The position numbers were made by a program, and so were the translations under genes. Positions 55,191 through 64,000 of a stretch of DNA of 64,000 bases are shown here, in pieces. This DNA is from an uncultured delta proteobacterium (lineage in GTDB: Bacteria > Desulfobacterota > Syntrophia > Syntrophales > Smithellaceae). Positions within the stretch are counted from its first letter, which is position 1; each line of letters opens with the position of its first letter. The notes under the pieces are model-generated. The model searched no databases and had not been told where the DNA came from. It saw only the letters and a program-made list of their open reading frames with translations. Location of the stretch: NCBI GenBank assembly GCA_963705555.1, contig CAVPJZ010000004.1, forward strand, positions 213,788 through 277,787, written 5' to 3'.

Positions 55191-55967
55191 TGAAATCAAG
55201 AATCGTATTTTCTATATTTCTATTCATAGCTTTATGCTTTTCCGAATTCGCAGTTAGTTCTTTCTGCGCAGATGCAGATAAGGTTCCTGATGGATTTGTC
55301 GATATAAAAGAAATGATTCTTGATATACAGCTCGATATTCGTTATTTCGGTTCTCATAACTTCGTCGGAGAAAGGGTTGACTGGTTACCTGGCGCCAAAA
55401 TGTTTCCTGACAAAAGAAGCGGCCGAAGCGCTCTCCTGACGTCCAGAAAGATCTAGAGCCAGTTTTCACTTGACGCTGAAGATTTACGATTGTTATCGCC
55501 CACAGCGCGCCGTGGATCACTTTGTGCGCTGGGCCAAGGAAATTGATAACTCCAAAACCAAAAAAGAGTTCTATCCGACAGTGGATAAAAGAAACCTTTT
55601 TCGGGATGGCTATATCGACAGCAAATCAGGCCACAGCCGCGGCAGTACTGTTGATTTGACCATCGTCCCCTTACCTACTCCCACGCAGGAAAAATACATT
55701 CCCGGCCAGAAATTACATGAATGTTACCTACCAGCAGCAAAACGCTTTGGGGATAATAGTATTGATATGGGAACTGGTTTTGATTGTTTCCATGAACTAT
55801 CGCATACTGCCAATAAAAGTATTGACCAGCAGCAAAAAATTAACCGGCTTCTGCTTAAAACGCTCATGGAAAAACACGGATTTAAAAATTATGATTTGGA
55901 GTGGTGGCACTACACACTGAAGAATGAACCTTATCCGGATACATATTTTGATTTTGTGATTGAGTGA
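55190..55967 (+). CDS. ddpX: D-alanyl-D-alanine dipeptidase (VanX/DdpX, M15D) with signal peptide, frameshifted
   Basis: DIRY..HNFVG, IYDCYRPQRAV, SGHSRGSTVD, DMGTGFD, EWWHY. Confidence 0.88.
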
Positions 55968-55972
55968 AAAAT

Positions 55973-57210
55973 ATGAAAATTAAATTACCGGCAATTTTTA
56001 AAGTCATACGGATTTTCAATTATCCTGATTGTATCCATCATTATCGGTGCGATTATCGGAATTATTTTCAAGAAAGACGCCGCTGTCCTAAAACCCTTGG
56101 GTGATATTTTCCTAAATCTTCTCTTTACCACCATTGTTCCTCTCGTCTTTTTCTCCATATCATCGGCGGTTGCCGGAATGACTAATATCCGGCGCTTAGG
56201 GAAAATCTTATCGGCGATGATCTTTGTGTTCGTAATCACCGGCCTGATTGCTTCGATTGTCATGCTAGTCGGAGTCATACTTTACCCTCCTGCAGTCGGT
56301 GTCAATGTGAGCTTCGGTAACAGCGTAAATCTCGAACAGTTTAAGGCCTCCGAAGAAATAGTGAAGGCTTTTACAGTCAGCGATTTTACCGATCTTTTAT
56401 CCAAGAAGAATATGCTCGCGCTTATCATCTTTGCCGTCCTCACGGGTCTGGCGACTTCAGCATCGGGCGAACGCGGCAAGAATTTTGCAAATTTCCTGAC
56501 CTCGGCAAGTCAGGTTATGATGAAACTAATCTTCTTCATCATGTACTATGCACCGATCGGTCTTTGCGCTTACTTCGCCTATCTCGTCGGCGTCTTCGGA
56601 CCGGAACTGCTGGGCTCATACGCCAGAGTTGTGATTCTATATTACCCGACGGCCATTTTGTACTTCTTCATTGCCTTCACCCTTTATGTCTTTGTAGCCG
56701 CCAGAAGCGAAGGTCTGCGGCGTTTTTGGCGCAACATCATACCGCCGTCTCTTATTGCTCTGGCTACAGGAAGCTCTATAGCCACAATTCCCGCCAATCT
56801 GGAAGCAGCAGACAAAACTGGTGTGCCCCAGGAAATCAGCGAAGTTTGTCATCCCCGTTGGCGCGACCATGCATATGGAGGGCTCCTGCCTTGCCGCTGT
56901 TGTGAAGATTGCCTTTCTGTTTGGGATATTCAATATTAGTTTTTCAGGAGTTGAAACCATCGCGACAGCGCTCGGTATAGCACTTCTGGTCGGTGTAGTG
57001 GTGAGCGGCATACCAGGAGGCGGTACAATCGGCGAAATTCTAATAATTTCCGTTTATGGCTTTCCGATGGAAGCCTTCCCGCTTATCACGATGATCGGAA
57101 CACTGGTTGACGCTCCGGCCACAATGGTCAACGCTGTCGGCGACAATGTCTCCAGTATTCTTGTCGCGCGAATGCTGGGCGGTAAGGCTTGGATGAAAGG
57201 CGGGCAATGA
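55973..57210 (+). CDS. dicarboxylate/amino acid:cation symporter (DAACS), frameshifted
   Basis: PLGDIFLNL, YAPIG, TGSSIATIP, GATMHMEG, GIPGGG, TMVNAVGD. Confidence 0.88.
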
Positions 57211-57452
57211 CTTTAAATGGAACCGTCACCAATTCTACATGCATCTCAAATGCATTTACCACTTTAAGGAACTTTTCAAAAAGTATATATCCATTCTCTG
57301 CCGGATCCATTTAAGACAAACCGAAAGGATAGAGACACCTTTAAGAAGGCAAAATAAAAATAGAGGAAGTCCCGTTGAGCATGTGGTATATATTGCCGAA
57401 CGGACCGGAGCAGCCATAACTGTGCACACATTTTTTAACAATTACCCGGGTA

Positions 57453-58298
57453 ATGGCTAATCGAATGATGCCCCAAAACAAAAACACCGTAATTGTGTCG
57501 AAGCCGGAAGGAATTTACCGCGGATTTACGAAGTTCATCATTCTCGTTTTAATCCCCCTGCTGTTTCTGCTTTTTACCCTCAGCAGCGTCGCCGATAAAG
57601 CGCCGGCCAGGGCAATCCCTTTTCAGCCCGGGGAAAAACTTACATACAAGGGAAGATGGGGAATAATTCCGGCCGGAGAACTCACACTGGAAGTTCTTCC
57701 TAAACAAACCATCAATGGTATTGAAGCCTATCACTTTGTAATGATTACTAAAACTAGTGCACTAGTCGACCTCATCTATAAAATCCGGGAGAGACAGGAT
57801 TCCTATGTCGATACCGGCATGACTCATAGCATCTTCTATAAAAAAAAGACGGAAAGTGAACATCCGCGTGATGAAAACATAAATTTTAACTGGGAAAAAC
57901 TGGAAGCCACTTATACCAATTTCGGCGAGACGAGGCCGCCGATTCATATCTTACCGGGTACCTTCGATCCGCTTGGTCTTTTTTACGCTCTTCGCCTTCA
58001 TAATCTGATAGAAAATTCAGAAATTTATCTGCCGCTGACCGACGGCAACCTCAACATCGATGTCAGAGCAATTGTCGGTAAAAGAGATATGATCGAAATT
58101 GAAGGAAAAATGTATGACACCATTGAAATTACGCCTAATATGCAAATGTTGGATAAACTGGATAAAGTAGTAAAAAAAAGCGATCATCCGCAACTCAAAG
58201 TCTGGGTAACTGCTGATGAAAAAAAGATCCCCATAAAAATCAGGAGTAAAGTGGGGGTAATTTCGTTTGATTTTGATCTTGTATTAGGTCCATCTTGA
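57453..58298 (+). CDS. DUF3108 domain protein
   Basis: N-terminal TM, PFQPGEKLTY..WG.IPAG, VWVTADEKKIPIKI. Confidence 0.75.
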   Translation: MANRMMPQNKNTVIVSKPEGIYRGFTKFIILVLIPLLFLLFTLSSVADKAPARAIPFQPGEKLTYKGRWGIIPAGELTLEVLPKQTINGIEAYHFVMITKTSALVDLIYKIRERQDSYVDTGMTHSIFYKKKTESEHPRDENINFNWEKLEATYTNFGETRPPIHILPGTFDPLGLFYALRLHNLIENSEIYLPLTDGNLNIDVRAIVGKRDMIEIEGKMYDTIEITPNMQMLDKLDKVVKKSDHPQLKVWVTADEKKIPIKIRSKVGVISFDFDLVLGPS

Positions 58299-58550
58299 AA
58301 CAATATATGCAAGTACATTTTTTACAACCCGGCTCTGTGTACTGCGATAACCTCGGTGTAGTATTTGAAACAAAAAAATCGGCTCTTCCGACTACTCCGA
58401 GGGAGACAGGACGAAAGGCCCGGAGTGACCAATTGCCATTTCTTGACTTTTTTAAATCCATTAAGATATTATATAATAAAATTTAAAGCGTTTCTATTGC
58501 ACTGCAGCTTAAAATTATGCTCTTCCAAAATTAAAGTGAGGTGGAATCTC

Positions 58551-59145
58551 ATGAAAACATTTTACAATTCACTGGTCGTGGTCGTCTTATTAATGATGTT
58601 GACAGGGTGCGTCAGGCTTCTGCCGTCCAGCAAGATAACTGTACAATCACCCTGGCAGGATTTCGATGGCGCCAGATTAGCCTATGAAAAAATAATTCCT
58701 GGTGTAACCACTGTGGATGATATGAAAAAACTTGGGTTTGATCCTTTTTTATTGCCCAATATCAGGGTCATGAACTGTCACAGAGGTTATCAACCTATTC
58801 TTGCCGAATCCTTCTATTAAAAAGGAGGATTTAGATCCCGGCATTCAAAAATGCATCGAGAGTAAGGACCGCTGTACGGCTTACCAAATTTTGCCCAGCA
58901 TGGTAAATGTCAATCGAATAGGTAATTTCTGGCTGGATTTGTTCACATTCAAACGCCATACAGTAAATACCGGATGGGAATTCAAGGGGTTAATCACAAT
59001 TGTTGATAATGTTGTTACTTACAGAGACCCGCCCGGAGGCCGACCCTTAATTCATACGGAACAAGTTGACATTAAACCTTTAGGCCCGCTGCAGGAAGCT
59101 GGATCCGTGGTCATTACCGAGGTTCCGAGACTCTTCGGATTATAA
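58551..59145 (+). CDS. hypothetical lipoprotein, frameshifted near 58780
   Basis: SD GAGGTGG, MKTF..LLMMLTGC lipobox; reading continues in ORF 58801-59145. Confidence 0.7.
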
Positions 59146-59182
59146 GCAACGGCAATCCGGTTAATGATTATATGCATTCCCG

Positions 59183-59380
59183 ATTCCCGGCGGCGGAACG
59201 ATCGGCGAATTGTTAATCATCTCTTTATATGGTTTTCGTCTGGAGGCTTTCCCGCATTATCACGATGATTGGGACATTGGTTGACGCTCCGGCAAAATGG
59301 TCAATGCCATCTGCGATAATGTCTCTAGTATGCTTGTCGCACGAATGCTGGGCGGTAAGGACTGGATGGAGGAGGCTTAA
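59183..59380 (+). pseudogene. 3' fragment of a second DAACS transporter allele
   Basis: Encodes IPGGGTIGELLIISLYGF / ITMIGTLVDAPA / DNVSSMLVARMLGGKDWMEEA*, paralogous to 57010-57210. Confidence 0.85.
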
Positions 59381-59424
59381 TTTATCAATCGAAGTTCGTA
59401 CATTAATTGTTAGAGGCAAGAATA

Positions 59425-59925
59425 ATGAATAATAAACTGATAATGATAGGTATTCTGTTCGTCTTGTTTCTCACTTCAACCTGCGCAATGGCCGATGATG
59501 GGGTAACGAAGTTTTCCTGCGGAAAAACTTCCATCACTCTTTACAACGGCAATACAGCGGAATCTCCCTTCTTCGTCATTACTGTTTGGAATGGAAAATC
59601 AAAGAAATATTATCCCTTCCCCGTGACTAACGAATTCCTTGATGTGAGGTGCGAAAAAGATAAGAAAGGTAAAGACTACCTTCTTGTTAACCACTTCTGC
59701 GGCGGTAGTGGGTGCGCAGAGTCTAATTATGCACTAATCGATCTCGCCACTAATAAGGAAGTCTTAAAAGCCTCGGAGCAATATAATAGAGGTAATAATA
59801 AAGCCGCATCTTTACTGGGCAAGACCGTCACGCCATTTTCGTGCGAAAAACGAGCGAAAGGTTCATCTACACCGAATGACAATGGGGAATTTTGTATAGT
59901 TTCTCCGATAGGAAGGTTAAAATAA
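59425..59925 (+). CDS. hypothetical secreted Cys-rich protein; integron gene cassette ORF
   Basis: Signal peptide (AMA-DD), 6 Cys in the mature part; GTTAGAG at 59409-59415 upstream and CTCTAAC downstream. Confidence 0.75.
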   Translation: MNNKLIMIGILFVLFLTSTCAMADDGVTKFSCGKTSITLYNGNTAESPFFVITVWNGKSKKYYPFPVTNEFLDVRCEKDKKGKDYLLVNHFCGGSGCAESNYALIDLATNKEVLKASEQYNRGNNKAASLLGKTVTPFSCEKRAKGSSTPNDNGEFCIVSPIGRLK

Positions 59926-59932
59926 CAGGAAC

Positions 59933-59990
59933 CTCTAACAACGGCTTGCAGCTGGTCGTATGCCGCTCCCGCTGAAGCCGAGCCTAATAG
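59933..59990 (+). mobile_element. integron attC-like site closing cassette 2 (R' degenerate)
   Basis: CTCTAAC-aa-cggctt(g)cagc...gctgaagccg; R'' is the exact complement of the GTTAGAG upstream of the ORF. Confidence 0.75.
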
Positions 59991-60031
59991 AACAATGAGT
60001 TCTAATAATACACAGCTTGGTTTTTACTTTT

Positions 60032-60316
60032 ATGAACATTTGTTACAAATGTAAAAAAGAAATCTCACAGGATTTTTTTGTCGGCAGGCAAGCGCAATGT
60101 CCCTCCTGCGGAGCTGATCTGCATTGTTGCCTCAATTGCTCCTTTTATGATGCAGGCTCTTATAATGACTGCCGCGAACCTCAGGCCGAAAGAGTATTGG
60201 ATAAAAGCCGCTCCAATTTTTGTGATTTTTTCAGCTTTAAACAAATAACGAAACCTTCCGGCACGACTGATTTAAAAACTAAAGATAAGTTGGAAGGGTT
60301 ATTTAAGAAAGGCTGA
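60032..60316 (+). CDS. conserved hypothetical Cys-rich (Zn-ribbon-like) protein
   Basis: CYKC, CPSCGADLHCCLNCSFYD, CRE, NFCDFF. Confidence 0.75.
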   Translation: MNICYKCKKEISQDFFVGRQAQCPSCGADLHCCLNCSFYDAGSYNDCREPQAERVLDKSRSNFCDFFSFKQITKPSGTTDLKTKDKLEGLFKKG

Positions 60317-60336
60317 TAATAAAAGTTTTAAACTAT

Positions 60337-61197
60337 CTATACAGCACAAGCCGAATGGCGACCGGGGAGTAATTCCATTTTGTATTTGCGCTTGTGGAAG
60401 GCTTTTAATATCCAGCTTTTGTTTGATTTCCTTTAGCGGCACTACTTCTATACCCATGTTGATCGCATCTTTTAAAAGCTCTCTGAATTGATTTTGAAAG
60501 ATGCCCCCTTCAACTTCGGCGTGAACCGGCAGGACATGTGTTTGCACCATCTTTAATCAAGTCCGTAATAATTGATACGCCTTTTTGTGCGTCAATTTCC
60601 TCAAAGCAAGGCAAGTCTGAGGGTATCTCCAGAACATCAGCTATTTCATGAATAAAAGGCGCTTTAGCCCGCGTACAACTTAGATAATCACAATTGTATT
60701 CTTTAATTATTCTCAGCACTCGATCATCAATAACCCACGAAGGAGCACCGAAACGCTGTTGGTTTCTTTCCGGTTAATTTTTCAAAACCGGCAATGCCTT
60801 TGCTAAACCACTCTCGAATCCAGTTTTCGGATTTGTGCGGCAGTTCATCTTGCCAGCGGCGGTGATCCCAGGCATGAAATTGAACTTCATGGCCAGCGGC
60901 AATTATATCATTTACAATTTGCGGAAAAGAAAGCGCGATCATGGGTGCCGGAAGCAATGTGCCGTATAGCGCTGTTTTCCAGCCATAGAGGCCTATCGCA
61001 TTTGTCCGCATCATTTTCTTTAAAAAAAGTGGATTCTTAATTAACTGCAATGCCGCCCTACCGGAATTATCCGGCCCGATGCTTAGAAAAAATGTTCCTT
61101 TTATTTGGAATTGTTTTAAGATTTCCAAAAGACATGGCACGCCATTTTTCATGCCCCAGTAGGTATCTACATCTATTTTTAATCCGAGCATTGCCAT
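60337..61197 (-). CDS. arnD: ArnD-like polysaccharide deacetylase/deformylase, frameshifted
   Basis: LKIDVDT, GPDNSGRA, LYGTLLPAP, HAWDH, VHAEVEG; arn context. Confidence 0.8.
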
Positions 61198-61198
61198 T

Positions 61199-62236
61199 TT
61201 ATTTGATGTCGGCGTCTTTGTTTTCTTCCAAAAACGAATTGAGGGTTAGTCGAAGTGATTCTTCCAAGCCTACTTTCGGCTCCCAATTTAAAAGTTTTCT
61301 CGCCTTCTCGATGCTGGGCTTGCGTGTGTAAATATCCTGATAGCCTTTGCCGTAGTAGCTATCCGCGGAAACATCGATTATATCTGAATAGCTTTTATCA
61401 TTTTTATGATCAGGGTGTTCTTTGAATAGCTTTTTTAAAATATTGGCCAGTTCTTTCACTGAGCATTCGTTTTCAGGATTGCCAATGTTGATAATCTGGT
61501 TTTTACAAATATCATTTTTATTTTCTAATATCTTCATCAGCGCGGCTATTCCATCATCAACATAGGTAAAACAGCGTTTTTGCTTTCCGCCGTCAACAAG
61601 ATTTATCGGCCGTTTCATGAACAATTCCGCGATAAATTGCGTGACGACGCGAGAACTTCCTTCCTTCGCCGCGTAGAGTGAATCAAGCCGAGGGCCAATC
61701 CAGTTAAACGGTCTAAACAAGGTAAATTCCAAATGCCCTCTTGTTCCATAGCCGTAAATTACACGATCAAGAAGTTGCTTACAGCAGGAATATATCCAGC
61801 GTTCCTTATTGATGGGACCTACGACCAAAAAGCTTTCATCTTCTTTGAATTCGGGATCAGTGCAGGCACCATAAACTTCCGAAGTCGAGGGAAAAACAAC
61901 CCGCTTATGATATTTTACGCATTTTTTGATAATATCTACATTCATCTCAAAATCAAGATTGTAAACGGCAATGGGATCTTCCACGTAAAGCTTCGGAGTG
62001 GCAATAGCTACGAGCGGCATGATGACATCGCATTTTTTTATCTGCAGTTCAATCCACTCCCGGTTGATGGCAATATCGCCTTCCAAAAAATTAAAACGCG
62101 GATTATTCATATTCTTGCCGAGGCGGTCTGTGCCTAAATCCATGCCGTAAACTATCCAATCTTTTTTTTCGGTGAGGATTTTATTAATCAGATGATGTCC
62201 GATAAATCCATTTACACCCAGTATCAATATTTTCAT
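61199..62236 (-). CDS. UDP-glucuronic acid oxidase/decarboxylase (ArnA C-terminal domain as a stand-alone protein)
   Basis: ILGVNGFIGHHL, PLVAIATP, FPSTSEVYG, RWIY...KQLLDRVI, RPFNWIGPRLD. Confidence 0.92.
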   Translation of the reverse strand: MKILILGVNGFIGHHLINKILTEKKDWIVYGMDLGTDRLGKNMNNPRFNFLEGDIAINREWIELQIKKCDVIMPLVAIATPKLYVEDPIAVYNLDFEMNVDIIKKCVKYHKRVVFPSTSEVYGACTDPEFKEDESFLVVGPINKERWIYSCCKQLLDRVIYGYGTRGHLEFTLFRPFNWIGPRLDSLYAAKEGSSRVVTQFIAELFMKRPINLVDGGKQKRCFTYVDDGIAALMKILENKNDICKNQIINIGNPENECSVKELANILKKLFKEHPDHKNDKSYSDIIDVSADSYYGKGYQDIYTRKPSIEKARKLLNWEPKVGLEESLRLTLNSFLEENKDADIK

Positions 62237-63192
62237 TTTATCTTTATCACCTTCCCTTTTTGAAAATATTCGGAAATTTGCGAACCTTTCATGCGCCTTC
62301 CCTGAACTTCGACATCAATGAGTTTTATAGCATCTTTGCCGGTATAGACGCGAATATTTTCTGTGCTTATTTCTACCTCGCCGGGACCTTTGGATATGTT
62401 TGATTTTACCGGCTCTGCCCACCAGATAATTAATTTTCCGCCATTTTCCAGAATCGCAAAAGCTCCCGGATAAGGTTCTGTGACACCGCGAATCAAATTG
62501 TAAATATCTTCTGCTGATTTATTCCAGTCGATACAGCCGTCCTCAGGACGCCTTCCTCCGTAATAACTCCCCGCCGCTAAATTTTGTTTACGGCACGGAA
62601 TTTGGCCTTTTTTAATTAAGGGCAATATTTCATCAAAGAGCGTTTTGGCGGTATGACAGAGCTTTTCATACAAAATTCTTGCCGTATCCGTAAAGCTGAT
62701 TTCGACCTCTTTTTGGCCGACGATATCTCCTGCATCGGGTTTATCAATCATGTAATGAAGCGTAACGCCGGTGCGTTTTTCCCCGTTGATCAAAACCCAG
62801 TTTACCGGACAGCGTCCCCGATAGGCAGGCAGTAGCGAGCCGTGCAAGTTAAACGCGCCCAGCCTGGGGATTTCCAGAATCTCGTGGCAGATCATTTTTC
62901 GATAATAAAAGGAAAATATAATATCGGGCTTGAGCTCGCCAATTTTTTTAATCCATTGCAGTTCATTTATTTTTTCGTCAGTGTATACGGTAATATTTCT
63001 TTTTACAGCCCAATCGTTAACCGAACCGAACCAGCAATTCTCATCAGGGTCGTCTTCATGTGTAAACACAGCGGCAATATCAAAACCATGCTGGAAAAGC
63101 GCTTCCAACCCGGCAATGCCCATATTGTGATACGCAAAAACAACCGCTTTCAAATTATTTATTCTTTCCTTCTGCGCTGTAAATGTTTTCAA
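62233..63192 (-). CDS. UDP-L-Ara4N formyltransferase (ArnA N-terminal domain as a stand-alone protein)
   Basis: AVVFAYHNMG, FSFYYR, NLHGSLLPAYRGRCPVNW, PYPGAF. Confidence 0.9.
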   Translation of the reverse strand: MKTFTAQKERINNLKAVVFAYHNMGIAGLEALFQHGFDIAAVFTHEDDPDENCWFGSVNDWAVKRNITVYTDEKINELQWIKKIGELKPDIIFSFYYRKMICHEILEIPRLGAFNLHGSLLPAYRGRCPVNWVLINGEKRTGVTLHYMIDKPDAGDIVGQKEVEISFTDTARILYEKLCHTAKTLFDEILPLIKKGQIPCRKQNLAAGSYYGGRRPEDGCIDWNKSAEDIYNLIRGVTEPYPGAFAILENGGKLIIWWAEPVKSNISKGPGEVEISTENIRVYTGKDAIKLIDVEVQGRRMKGSQISEYFQKGKVIKIK

Positions 63193-64000
63193 TCACATAT
63201 TCCGGCCGCTTGCGTACCTCCCGGTAAATTCGACCGATGTATTCACCGATAACGCCCAGGGCAAAAAATTGCAGACCGACAAATACAAACAAGATGGCAA
63301 ACAAAGTAAATATCCCCTCCGCCGCCCAGCGCGCGCCATAAAACAACCTCGCTATTGCCAGAAAAATACCGAAACAAACGCCCAGCAGTGACATCAATAT
63401 GCCGCCATACATAATAAGCTTTATCGGTAAATTCGAAAAAGCCGCCACCAGATCAAATTGGAGATTAATCAATTTTCTTAAAGGGTAGCTTGATTTTCCG
63501 CCATACCGCTCATCATGAGCCACTTCTATTTCCGTTACGCGCTTAGAGAAAAGCGTTGCCAAAGCCGGAATGAATGTAGAGTGCTCATGGCATTGGATCA
63601 TTCTTTCGACCACACTGCGCCGGTATGCCCGCAGCATACATCCCCAATCCCGTAGACTGACGCCCGTAATCTTTCGCGCAACCACATTAATAATTTTCGA
63701 GGGAATAATTCGCCAGAAGGAATCTTTGCGTCCCCTTCTGATCGAGCTGACAACATCATAATTGCCCTCATCCATCACTTTAACTAAATTAGGTATCTCT
63801 TCGGGAGGATTCTGTAAATCCGCATCCATGGTAATGACAATTTCAGCACTGGATACGGAAAAGCCCGCTAAGATGGCCGCATGCTGTCCGTAATTTCGCG
63901 TTAATTCTACTATCTTCACCGATGGTTTTTGAGAAAATTCTTTCAGAATTTCGAGTGAATTATCGCGGCTGCCGTCATCAATGAATATTATTTCGTAACT
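63155..64000 (-). CDS. arnC: undecaprenyl-phosphate Ara4FN transferase (GT2); 5' end lies outside the window
   Basis: IIFIDDGSRD, RNYGQHAA, MDADLQNPPEEIP, GCMLRAY, GEYIGRIY. Confidence 0.88.
   Translation of the reverse strand, partial: SYEIIFIDDGSRDNSLEILKEFSQKPSVKIVELTRNYGQHAAILAGFSVSSAEIVITMDADLQNPPEEIPNLVKVMDEGNYDVVSSIRRGRKDSFWRIIPSKIINVVARKITGVSLRDWGCMLRAYRRSVVERMIQCHEHSTFIPALATLFSKRVTEIEVAHDERYGGKSSYPLRKLINLQFDLVAAFSNLPIKLIMYGGILMSLLGVCFGIFLAIARLFYGARWAAEGIFTLFAILFVFVGLQFFALGVIGEYIGRIYREVRKRPEYVIENIYSAEGKNK

Overview
This is a 64-kb AT-rich chromosomal segment of an anaerobic deltaproteobacterium. Gene content is Smithella/Syntrophus-like (Re-citrate synthase-Cache fusion, short EF-Ts, acyl-CoA ligase/ABC cluster); that assignment is inference. 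Most of the window is core genome: panE, recG, purMN, pfkA, rpmB, recJ, pilRS, comEC, hisS-aspS, pcrA/uvrD, adk, tsaB, the rpsB-tsf-pyrH-frr-uppS-cdsA-dxr-rseP cluster, argJ, secA and an arn (L-Ara4N) cluster. Many essential genes are split by single-base indels, most likely long-read consensus errors. The non-obvious signals are non-coding. (1) Three isolated integron attC-like sites occur at unlinked loci with no integrase in the window; two close complete single-gene cassettes and one sits on the pilT stop codon. (2) A candidate Phe/Tyr leader-peptide attenuator precedes an ABC transporter / acyl-CoA ligase / phenylacetate-CoA ligase operon. (3) A dispersed ~56-bp bulged-hairpin element shows compensatory base changes (at least 8 copies, several starting at stop codons). 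(4) A ~112-bp structured direct repeat lies upstream of two consecutive genes and is translated into one of them. (5) A diverged duplicate of a transporter 3' end brackets an accessory module. No rRNA, tRNA, CRISPR array, integrase or transposase was recognised.
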